From contig JBKAGP010000001.1 of assembly GCA_046290465.1 (NCBI GenBank), positions 2,080,001-2,144,000 of the forward strand: a stretch of DNA of 64,000 nt, in the 5' to 3' direction. The translations under genes and the position numbers were made by a program. Under the pieces are notes generated by a model that was given only the letters and a program-made list of their open reading frames with translations, did not search any database and was not told where the DNA came from. Below are positions 52,202-60,333 of the stretch, piece by piece (positions within the stretch are counted from its first letter, which is position 1; every line of letters starts with the position of its first letter). This DNA comes from Planctomycetota bacterium. Its GTDB lineage: Bacteria; Planctomycetota; UBA1135; UBA2386.

Positions 52202-52716
52202 GTGCGGCGGTCTACGTCGGTCCCGCCCGCGTGCTGCGCATGGACGGCGAACGCCCCCACGTCCAGGTGCTCGGCGGAGGCTGCGAGACGGCGACGGCGG
52301 ACTGGGCACTGCCGTTCCGCTACGAGCCGGCGACGGGCGACCTGCTGCTGGTGATCGGACAGAGCGGCCGCTACTGGGTGACCGGCATCGTGCACGGGGC
52401 CGGACGATCGCAGCTCGCGTTTGCTGGCCACACCGAGCTGAACGCGGCCGGCGGACCGCTGCACCTGTCCGCCGACGGCGGCGTTCGCATCCAGTCGCCA
52501 GCGGTCGGCGTCGAGGCCGATGTGTTCGAGACCGAGACGAACGCCACACACCAGCGGCTCGACCAGTGCGACAGCGAGGTCTCCGGCACCCTCGACGAGC
52601 GATCCGGGGAGAGCATGCGCGACATCGACGGCGAGGACGCGGTCACGGCTGCGCAGACCTCGACGGTGGCGGCGAGGGTCGCGAAGATCGACGGCGGCCT
52701 GCTGCGCCTCAGCTAG
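52198..52716 (+). CDS. DUF3540 family protein, copy 2
   Basis: YVGPARV...YEPATGDLLLVIG matches copy 1 (YLGPARV...YEPHEGDVLLVLG); ends AKIDGGLLRLS. Confidence 0.78.
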   Translation: MSAAVYVGPARVLRMDGERPHVQVLGGGCETATADWALPFRYEPATGDLLLVIGQSGRYWVTGIVHGAGRSQLAFAGHTELNAAGGPLHLSADGGVRIQSPAVGVEADVFETETNATHQRLDQCDSEVSGTLDERSGESMRDIDGEDAVTAAQTSTVAARVAKIDGGLLRLS

Positions 52717-52860
52717 GGCCGTGGGCCGCAGCGGCGACGCGCTTGTGACCGGTACGCGCACCATGGGCGGATGCGCGCACGGCCCGCGCGGCGCTCGCCG
52801 CGCCTCGGTCTCGCTCGCCCTCTGGCCTGAGCTGCACCGCCTCGGTACGTTGACCCACCG

Positions 52861-53730
52861 ATGACGCAAGGTCACGACAACCAGGCACCCGACGGCGCGA
52901 TCGACGTCTCGTTCGATACGCTCGCCCGGCTGCTCGGCGGCGCGCGCGCGGCCGAGGCCCTTGCCGACCATGCCGACGCCGCACCGCACATCGCGGCGCT
53001 CGACGGTCCCGCCGCATGGCTGACGCCCGGCACCGACGCCACGACACCGAGCGCCGGCACCATCCGCCAGCTCGCGCTCGAGGTGCTGTCGCTCAAGCTT
53101 CGCACGTTCGCGGCGATCGTCGACCAGGTGCCGCCGCAGCTGCCGTCGCTGCCGCCCGAGCACGTTCGGGTGCAGCTGCTCGACGGCACCGGCCTGCCCG
53201 GCGCAAGGCGCTGGAACGTGCATGTGTCGCTCGTCGCCGGTGGCGGTGCGCCCGCCGACCGCGCCGCCGGTGCCGACGCCGGCCTGCGCACGTCGCTGGG
53301 TCGGCTGCTGGCGCGCCTGCTGTTCGAGAGCGACCGACGCCGTGGCGATGAGGCGCAGCAGCACGGCGTCGGCCTGGCCAGCACGTTCGCCACCGGCTCT
53401 GGCACGTCGCCCGCCGAGAACGCCGAACGCCTGTTCGCCAACGGTCCGGGCGGAGACAGCTCCGTGGTGCTGTTCTCGTCGGGGCATCGCGACCTGCTCG
53501 CGGGCAAGGCCCTGCCGGCAGGGCTGTGGGCGCAGGTCGGTGGACTGCTGCTACGTCTGCTGACGGACGTCTCCGAGTTCTCGCTGCCCGACCCTCCGAT
53601 CGACGCGTTGCGTCCGCGGCTTGCGCAGCTGATCCGACGACTCGACATCGCGACGTTCGGCGCCATCGCGCGGCGCGACGAGATCAGCGACCTGCTGCGC
53701 CAGAACCTGGCGCGCCTGAAGCAGGACTGA
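52861..53730 (+). CDS. hypothetical protein at end of T6SS cluster
   Basis: Long GC3-biased ORF co-directional with the cluster; no confident family assignment. Confidence 0.6.
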   Translation: MTQGHDNQAPDGAIDVSFDTLARLLGGARAAEALADHADAAPHIAALDGPAAWLTPGTDATTPSAGTIRQLALEVLSLKLRTFAAIVDQVPPQLPSLPPEHVRVQLLDGTGLPGARRWNVHVSLVAGGGAPADRAAGADAGLRTSLGRLLARLLFESDRRRGDEAQQHGVGLASTFATGSGTSPAENAERLFANGPGGDSSVVLFSSGHRDLLAGKALPAGLWAQVGGLLLRLLTDVSEFSLPDPPIDALRPRLAQLIRRLDIATFGAIARRDEISDLLRQNLARLKQD

Positions 53731-53833
53731 GGCGGCCCAGGATCAAGGAGGAACGGCATCGGGTCGATGCCCGGGACGCGCAAGCGGGTCGACACGGCCG
53801 CGATGGTCGAGGCCGTGCCGGTGCGGACGCGTG

Positions 53834-55693
53834 CTACTTCGCGAACGCCTCGACCTCGCAGAGACGGCTGAACGACGGGAACGTCAACCCGTGGCAGCCC
53901 TGCGTGACGATGCGCACGTAGCGCACCGTCCGCGGCTCGAAGCGGTGCTCGACGAAGCTCTGTTCGCCGCGCGTGCCCTTGCCCGACGTGCCGACCTGCT
54001 GCCACGCCGATCCGTCGACGGAGACGTGCAGGTCGTAGATCTCGTGGCTCTGGCCGACCGCGCGTTCGTGCACGACCACGCGCCCGACCGTCGCCGGGAC
54101 GCGCAGCTCGAGCGTGATCTCGAGCGGCTGTGGCTGCGTCGGGTAGCCGAGGAAGTGGTCGAACCGGTCCGGGATGCCGTTGGTCAGACGGTCCGGACCG
54201 AACACCGGCTGGCTCGTGCCGGCCGACGCGGTCACCCTGGCGCGGTATGCGTAGTTGTCGCGCTGCGTCGCAGGATCCGCAAACGCGGTGCGGCCCAGAT
54301 CGGTGCGAGCAACCGCCGCGCAGCGCGGCAGCAGACGCCGCTGCCGCTCCTGGAACCCGTCGAAGTCGCGTTCGCCGTCGGGGTTCCACGCCCTCGCGGC
54401 CACCGCCGCGAAGCGCGGCACGCACAGCTTGGCGACGTTCTCCTGGCGGCCCTCCCACCACGGCATCATGAAGCCGACGATGCCGTCCCGGGTGCGCGTG
54501 CGGTGCGGCTCCGCGAACGTCGGCATGCCGTGGTTGACGTGCTTGAACTCCTGCAGGTCCCACTGGTAGCACCGCTTGACCGGCACCGCGGTGAACATCG
54601 TGCGCGGGTAGTGGTCGACGATGTACATCGGATCCCACGCCGCGTTGACGACCTGGTAGCCGGCGTCGAGCATCTGCTGGGCCGGGAAGTCGACGGTGCG
54701 CCAGTTGACGTGCAGCACGTCGGTGTCGACCTTGTGCTTGCCCTCGCCGAGGCGCGGCCCCTCCCACGCCATCGGCCGCCGCCCGCGCTGCTTGACGAAC
54801 AACGCCAGCCGGCTGACGAAGTCGCGCTGGTCGTCCTCCGGCACGCCGTAGGCCTCGTCGCCGCCGATGTGCACGTAGGGCGACGACGCGAACACCTGCA
54901 TCAACTCCGCCAGCAGCGCCTTCATGCCCTCGGTCGCCGACGGCAGTGTGGCGAGGTCCTTGGGCGACTTGCCGAACACCTCCGGGTAACGCTGGCGCAG
55001 GATCGTCGAGTGCGCCGGCACGTCGATCTCCGGGATGATCGCGACGCCGCGCGCCCGGGCGTACTGCTCCAGATCGACGAAGTCCTGCCACGACCACCCC
55101 GACCGTTCGTCGAACAGCTTCGGATAGACGCGCGACGGCCAGCTGAACAGCTGGTCGTCGCTCAGGTGCAGCTGCAGGTAGTTGACCTTGTAAAACCAGC
55201 ACGCGTCGACGATCTGCCGCAGCACGGCGGGGCCGTGCGGATTGCGCCCCATGTCGACCATGAAGCAGCGGAACGGCATCGCCGGCTCGTCGGTGATCGT
55301 GACCCGCGGGAACGTCGCCACGCCGTCGACGATCTCGGCCAGCTGCAGCAGCGTCGCGGCCGCGCGCGCAGCACCCTGCGGCGCCGCCGCGGTCACCACC
55401 AGGCCGGCCTCGTCGGGCGCGATCCGGTACCACTCCGCGCCCCCGGCGTCGGCCTGGTAGCGGAACGACACGCGCCCGGGAGCGCTCGACTTCTGCTGCA
55501 GCCGCGCGCCGGCGAGCTGCAGCGCGCTCGCGAACGCGCTGCCCTGCGACGACGTCTCGATGCTGCCACCAGTGACCCGGCCGATCGCGACCGCGCCGTC
55601 CGCGCGCACGACCTGGCGCGGCTGCGGCACGACCGGCAACTGCGCCGCCACCGTGCCGGCGAGCGCGAGGCACGCCGTCATCGTGCGCATCAT
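53834..55693 (-). CDS. GH20 beta-N-acetylhexosaminidase with C-terminal F5/8-type (CBM32-like) domain
   Basis: Signal peptide, ITDEP...FRCFMVDMGRN, LQLHLSDDQ, PEIDVPAH, HIGGDE, and a discoidin-like end RYVRI...LCEVEAF. ATG at 55693. Confidence 0.9.
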   Translation of the reverse strand: MMRTMTACLALAGTVAAQLPVVPQPRQVVRADGAVAIGRVTGGSIETSSQGSAFASALQLAGARLQQKSSAPGRVSFRYQADAGGAEWYRIAPDEAGLVVTAAAPQGAARAAATLLQLAEIVDGVATFPRVTITDEPAMPFRCFMVDMGRNPHGPAVLRQIVDACWFYKVNYLQLHLSDDQLFSWPSRVYPKLFDERSGWSWQDFVDLEQYARARGVAIIPEIDVPAHSTILRQRYPEVFGKSPKDLATLPSATEGMKALLAELMQVFASSPYVHIGGDEAYGVPEDDQRDFVSRLALFVKQRGRRPMAWEGPRLGEGKHKVDTDVLHVNWRTVDFPAQQMLDAGYQVVNAAWDPMYIVDHYPRTMFTAVPVKRCYQWDLQEFKHVNHGMPTFAEPHRTRTRDGIVGFMMPWWEGRQENVAKLCVPRFAAVAARAWNPDGERDFDGFQERQRRLLPRCAAVARTDLGRTAFADPATQRDNYAYRARVTASAGTSQPVFGPDRLTNGIPDRFDHFLGYPTQPQPLEITLELRVPATVGRVVVHERAVGQSHEIYDLHVSVDGSAWQQVGTSGKGTRGEQSFVEHRFEPRTVRYVRIVTQGCHGLTFPSFSRLCEVEAFAK

Positions 55694-56154
55694 GCGTCTT
55701 CCTCTTCCCAGAGGTCGTCGTCGGCCGCCCACTCGTGCAGCGTCTCGGCGCGGCTGATCAGCATCGGCACCAGCTCGGCGTCGTCGGCGATGCCCTCGAT
55801 CTCGATCGCGTCGCTGACCTTGCCGTCGCGCACGTCCTGCGCGTAGGCGAGCCAGCGGTCGGCGATGGCGTGCATCGCGTCGCGCGGATGCGGGTGATCG
55901 TCCGCCGACGCCAGGTCCATCGGGACGTCGCCGGAGATCACCCACGCCCCCACCGTCTCGGGACGCCGCTTGCTCTCGATCGCCCACAGCGCCACGTAGG
56001 GCGCCACGAACCACGCCGGCTCCTCGCCGATGCGGCCGTGCTCGACCTTCTCGTCGCGCAGGTAGGTCTCGACATGGCCGCGCACTTCCGCGCACCAGCG
56101 GTCCTGGACCGCGGGATCGTCCCAATCGGGCTCTCGATGGTCTGCTTCGCTCAT
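55690..56154 (-). CDS. DUF4826-like protein
   Basis: PYVALWAIES...WVISGDVPMD...PRDAM...ADRW...W. Confidence 0.72.
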   Translation of the reverse strand: MSEADHREPDWDDPAVQDRWCAEVRGHVETYLRDEKVEHGRIGEEPAWFVAPYVALWAIESKRRPETVGAWVISGDVPMDLASADDHPHPRDAMHAIADRWLAYAQDVRDGKVSDAIEIEGIADDAELVPMLISRAETLHEWAADDDLWEEEDA

Positions 56155-57143
56155 GGCTGCTGGTCGACCTTCGTGGTCGCTTGCTCCTCGGACCGCCCGT
56201 TGCCGGACGGCTTGTGGTGGTTGGATGGCTCGCCCCCGGCCGCACCGTTGCCGGAGCCCGAACCCGATGGCGTCGCCTCCTTCGCGGGCCCCTTCTTCGG
56301 TTGGCCCTTCTTCGGTTGGCCCGTCTTCGGTTGGCCCGTCTTCGGTTGGCCCGTCTTCGGTTGGCCCGCCTCAGGTTGGGCCTGCTTTGGTAGGGGCTTC
56401 TTCGCGAGTTCCTTCATCGCCGCGTGCGTCGGCGGCTGCTTCAGTCGCTGGTGCACGCCCTTCATGCCCTCGGTGCGCAGCACGTGCAGGAAGTAGTTGC
56501 GGCCGCGCACGTAGCTCGGGTCCAGGCCGACTGCGAGGCCGCCGTACGGCCCCGTCAGCATGAAGTCCTCGAGCCCGAGTTCGCGTTCGGCGATCAGCTC
56601 CTCGACGAGCACCGCGTGCCCCTCGATCAGCCATTTGTAGCGCAGGATCTCGTCGATCTCCGTCGCGGCCTCGAGCTTCGACGGCAGGCCGAAGTGCACC
56701 TCCTGCAGCGCGTGCACGATCTCGTGCGCGATGGTCGCCTTCTGGTGCGCGACCGCCTTGCGCGTATGCCGCGGCGCGTCGTCGTCGAGATCCTTGATCA
56801 GCGGCGCGACCACCAGCGGCGACAGCACGATCTCCTTCGAGCTCGCCAGGTAGACGCCCAGCGTCGACACGCTCATCTGGAACAGCTCGCGCCCGCCCTC
56901 GATCTCGAACTCGCGCTGGATCAGTTCGCGCCATTCCTTGTGCTTGGCGGCGCGGACCGTGGGCGGCGTCTCGAACTTCAGCTGCGCATACTTCTCGACG
57001 ATCCGAACCATCTCGTCGACGGCCTTCTGCAGCCGCAGGTCGCGCTTGCTCGGCGGCTTCTTCTCGAGCGGGTCCTGCTGCGCCGAAGCACCGACGGACA
57101 GCGCCAACGCGACGCACAGGGCCGAGGTGATCGGAGAACGCAT
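56151..57143 (-). CDS. secreted putative zinc metallopeptidase with low-complexity tail
   Basis: Signal peptide, AHEIVHALQE (HExxH), downstream LIEGHA, and GQPK(T/K) repeats. Confidence 0.7.
   Translation of the reverse strand: MRSPITSALCVALALSVGASAQQDPLEKKPPSKRDLRLQKAVDEMVRIVEKYAQLKFETPPTVRAAKHKEWRELIQREFEIEGGRELFQMSVSTLGVYLASSKEIVLSPLVVAPLIKDLDDDAPRHTRKAVAHQKATIAHEIVHALQEVHFGLPSKLEAATEIDEILRYKWLIEGHAVLVEELIAERELGLEDFMLTGPYGGLAVGLDPSYVRGRNYFLHVLRTEGMKGVHQRLKQPPTHAAMKELAKKPLPKQAQPEAGQPKTGQPKTGQPKTGQPKKGQPKKGPAKEATPSGSGSGNGAAGGEPSNHHKPSGNGRSEEQATTKVDQQP
56295..56384. repeat. 15-bp coding tandem repeat (CTTCGGTTGGCCCGT, 5 copies plus one degenerate)
   Basis: Encodes GQPKT/GQPKK repeats on the minus strand. 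Confidence 0.9.
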
Positions 57144-57343
57144 CGCGGCACGATAGCAGCGCCGCGCCTGCTATCCGGCCAGAATCGCGGCGGCGCGTGG
57201 ACGCCGCGGACGACGGCATCGATGCCGTTGCCGGTCGCCTGCCCGAACGGGTCGCGCAGCCGTCGGCAACGGCACAGGCAACAGCGCCAATGGTCCCGGC
57301 AGGTCCGCGCCGGCCTGATCCGCTCCGCCGCGCGCCGCGCCCC

Positions 57344-57667
57344 CTACTCCGGCTCCGACCGACCGCGGCCTTGCAATGGCTGGCCGTTTGCGACTGCCCG
57401 ACGCCGCGCCACCACGTGCGCGATCAGCACCGCCACCGCCACGTAGCACGCCCAGCTGATCGCAACCGCCGCCGGCAGGTCCCGGTTGCCCAGCGGCCCA
57501 CCGGCCGCCCGCAGGATCCCGGTGCCCGGCGCGAAGAACGCCGCCTGCACATTGCCCACCGGCGAAAGCCCCGAACTCCCGTCCTCCGCCCCGAGGTAGG
57601 CCACCGAGAACCCACCCCACAACGTCACGACCCCCACCCCGACTCCATACACACCAAGCCGTCGCAT
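57344..57667 (-). CDS. small hypothetical membrane protein
   Basis: 107 aa with two hydrophobic segments; same orientation as the cassette array. Confidence 0.5.
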   Translation of the reverse strand: MRRLGVYGVGVGVVTLWGGFSVAYLGAEDGSSGLSPVGNVQAAFFAPGTGILRAAGGPLGNRDLPAAVAISWACYVAVAVLIAHVVARRRAVANGQPLQGRGRSEPE

Positions 57668-57704
57668 CCCCCCGTTCTACCCCATCCCCCCAATCCCAAT
57701 CCCA

Positions 57705-57771
57705 CCGCATACCGAACCGGGTTCATCCTGCGCCGCTTCGCGGCGCAGGATGAACCCGGTTCGGTATGCGG
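57705..57771. repeat. perfect 67-bp palindrome (32-bp arms, 3-nt loop)
   Basis: CCGCATACCGAACCGGGTTCATCCTGCGCCGC-TTC-GCGGCGCAGGATGAACCCGGTTCGGTATGCGG. Confidence 0.95.
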
Positions 57772-57868
57772 CACTTCAGCATGTGCGTCACCCTTTCGGG
57801 CCGATCGCCACGGCAGCGCGGACGCACGCACGGAGCCAGCCCTCACGCCCAGGGCCGCGGCTCGAGCA

Positions 57869-58297
57869 CTACCGCTGCCACAGACCGTGCTGCACGCCGC
57901 CCTGCAGGTAGATCGCGAACCTGCCGTGCCCCGGAATCTCCATCGGCGGCACCGCGAGTTCGCAGCCCGCGTCCACCGCCGCGGCGACCGCACCCTCGAG
58001 GTCGTCGACGAGCCAGTATGGCCGCACCACCGGATCCTCGTCGTCGCGCATCGGCGCCCGCACGCCGACCAGGCTGCCATCGGGCATCGCCGCCGTGCGC
58101 GCGTTGCCGAGGCCGACGTCCGGCTCGCCGAACGGCACGCCATTGGCGGCGGCGTAGACGGCGCACACGGCGTCGACGTCCTTGGTGACGATCTCGAGGT
58201 AGCGGATCTGCATGGTATCGATCTCCGGGGTCTGGCTGCCGGTCGGCCCGACACAGCCGTGGCACAGCAGCAACCACGCGAACAGTGCGGCTCTCAT
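57869..58297 (-). CDS. VOC/glyoxalase family protein
   Basis: YLEIVTKDVD...PYWLVDDLEGAV...PPMEIPGHGRFAI. Start is either 58297 (lipoprotein-like leader) or 58213. Confidence 0.75.
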   Translation of the reverse strand: MRAALFAWLLLCHGCVGPTGSQTPEIDTMQIRYLEIVTKDVDAVCAVYAAANGVPFGEPDVGLGNARTAAMPDGSLVGVRAPMRDDEDPVVRPYWLVDDLEGAVAAAVDAGCELAVPPMEIPGHGRFAIYLQGGVQHGLWQR

Positions 58298-58370
58298 CGC
58301 TGCAGCAGACTACGCGGGCTCCCCGCTCGCAAGCTTCGCTGCCGGGCCGCGCCCTCGGCGCCCGACGCGC

Positions 58371-59156
58371 TCACCCCTGCTCGATCGCGAAGCACACCCC
58401 GACCGGATCCCGGATCACCGCGCGCGTCGCCTTGCCGCTGTCATCGGCCACGGACCGAACGATCTCCCCGCCGCCCGCCTCGACCTGCGCCAGGCTGGCC
58501 GCCAGATCACCGACCGGCAGGTGCATCAGCCAGACCGCTTCGACCTCGCGCTCGACGCCGCGCGCCTGCCGGATCGTGGCCACCGCCACGCCGCGTTCGC
58601 CGGTCAACTCGTAGTCGACGCCCCCGTCGGCACCCGGGACCTCCCGAACCGACCAACCGATCACGTCGCGGTAGAAGTCGCGCGCCGCGCCGGCGTCGGC
58701 GACCACCAGTTCGAACGAGGCGATCCGCCCAGCGGGCCGCGCTGCCGACCGCCCATCCTCCGCGTGCGCCGCAGCGTCCTCCGCCGACACGACCGGGATC
58801 ATCCCGAACGCGGCCCCGCCCGGATCGACGAGCACCGCACCCTGGCTGCGCCCGGCGTCGTCGCGGCCGTGCCACAGCTCCGTCGCCCCCATCGCGAGCC
58901 CGCGCGCAACGCTGGCCGCGACGTCGGCGACCTGGATGTGCGTCATCCACTGCAGCGGCAGGCTCTCGTATTCGGGCACGCGCTCGCCGAGGCCGATGAC
59001 CGGCGTGCCGTGGGCATTCATCAGGTCGTCACGCCAGAAAGGCGCGTCACCGGTGGTCAGGACCCGCGCGTAGAACGCCAGCTCGCAGTCGTGCTGCGGG
59101 ACGGCGATGTCAGCGCTCGGGATCTCACCGACGCCGGGAACGAGAGGACGGGTCAT
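58371..59156 (-). CDS. two-domain VOC/glyoxalase family protein
   Basis: WMTHIQVADVAASV...LVDPGGAAF and FEL...AARDFYRDVIGW...WL...VGDL...IRDPVG. ATG at 59156. Confidence 0.82.
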   Translation of the reverse strand: MTRPLVPGVGEIPSADIAVPQHDCELAFYARVLTTGDAPFWRDDLMNAHGTPVIGLGERVPEYESLPLQWMTHIQVADVAASVARGLAMGATELWHGRDDAGRSQGAVLVDPGGAAFGMIPVVSAEDAAAHAEDGRSAARPAGRIASFELVVADAGAARDFYRDVIGWSVREVPGADGGVDYELTGERGVAVATIRQARGVEREVEAVWLMHLPVGDLAASLAQVEAGGGEIVRSVADDSGKATRAVIRDPVGVCFAIEQG

Positions 59157-59290
59157 GGGCTTGCTGGATGCGGGTTCGACGCGAACGGCCATCATCGCCG
59201 ATGCGCGTGCGCACCGTCGACGACAACCGGTCGACAGCCCGTCCAGGTGACGTGAACCCGGATCCGACCGCAGGTCCGCGTCACGGGCGT

Positions 59291-59839
59291 TCACGGCTCC
59301 CATCGATCGTGCTCCGAGACCTGCCGCGCGACGTAGCCACCGCGCACGAGGTAGCGTCGCAGCGCGTCGGCGCGCTCTTCGCTCGACAACTCGACGCAGA
59401 ACGCACGTCCCGCGGCGACGCCGTCGAGCCCCCACTTCGCACGAACGACGGACACCCCGAACTCGGAGTAGAGGTGCCTGGCGACGGCCAGCGGATCGGG
59501 CTCGCCCGCAACCGATTCGACCACCACCACACGCCCCGGCTGCAGGTGTGGATCACCGGTCGCCTCGTAGCGACGCAGGTAGGTCTCGTGCGCATGTGCC
59601 GAGCCCGTCTCGAGGATCCTGCCGGTATCGCGTTCGACGATCAGCGGACCACCGCCGCCGTAGAACCTCGCGTGCTTGCGCGGCACGACGAAGAACATCC
59701 AGCCCCACGGCCGTTCGATCGTCAGCTCGTCCGCGACGACGAACTCGATGTCGTTGCGCGGCCCGGTGTAGTAGGGCTTCGGCTCCGGGTCGTTCCGCCA
59801 GCGGAGCGCCAGGTCACGGGCTTGCTCGAACGTGATCAT
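59291..59839 (-). CDS. YrhB/Imm35-like immunity protein with extra C-terminal domain
   Basis: MITFEQA...ELTIERPWGWMFF...GGGPLIVERDTG...GSA...YLRRYE. Confidence 0.72.
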   Translation of the reverse strand: MITFEQARDLALRWRNDPEPKPYYTGPRNDIEFVVADELTIERPWGWMFFVVPRKHARFYGGGGPLIVERDTGRILETGSAHAHETYLRRYEATGDPHLQPGRVVVVESVAGEPDPLAVARHLYSEFGVSVVRAKWGLDGVAAGRAFCVELSSEERADALRRYLVRGGYVARQVSEHDRWEP

Positions 59840-60242
59840 GGTATCGCTCGCCCATCACCGAAAGCCGCCCCCTCGCCGCGGACGAACGCTCGCCAACCAT
59901 CGGACTCCGCCAGCTGCTGGATCGCGACCATGCGACGCTCCAAGAACCGACGCATGTGCCGCGCAACCACCACTGCGTCCGCGATGCGGCCGAGCACGCG
60001 GCCATCAAGGCAACTGGAACGCCAAGGACCCGAATCGGTCGCGGCAACCGTCGCCAAGTGAGCGAGAGAAGAATCAACGCACCAAGTCCGAGCCCTGCTG
60101 CAACCACGAGAGCGCCCGACTCCGTTTCCGGCACGTAGGTCGTGATGCTGGCCAACGCTGAAATCGGCGACATCAGCAAGGCTGCGTTGAAGCCGAGGAC
60201 CACGAGACCCGGCGTCCGAGGAGGCTTCTTGCTATCCGGCAT
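59814..60242 (-). CDS. gene cassette ORF, membrane protein (3' end possibly frameshifted)
   Basis: ATG lies 9 nt after the GTTGGGC core of attC 60252-60314. Three hydrophobic segments, then a low-plausibility tail overlapping the next gene. Confidence 0.45.
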   Translation of the reverse strand: MPDSKKPPRTPGLVVLGFNAALLMSPISALASITTYVPETESGALVVAAGLGLGALILLSLTWRRLPRPIRVLGVPVALMAACSAASRTQWWLRGTCVGSWSVAWSRSSSWRSPMVGERSSAARGRLSVMGERYHDHVRASP

Positions 60243-60251
60243 GCCCTGTCT

Positions 60252-60314
60252 GCCCAACGTCTGTCACGATCAGCTGCGAGGCGAAGCCTCGCCAGCTGCA
60301 TTGTGTCGTTGGGC
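60252..60314 (-). mobile_element. attC site
   Basis: GCCCAAC...ATCAGCTG CGAGGC GAA GCCTCG C CAGCTG C AT...GTTGGGC; 63 bp with two extrahelical bases. Confidence 0.88.
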
Positions 60315-60333
60315 AGCATCCTACCACGCTTTG

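Noticed and set aside
57223..57274. Hairpin TGCCGTTGCCG...CGGCAACGGCA as an attC
   Set aside because: GTT/AAC are in the wrong order for an attC; at most a terminator-like structure.
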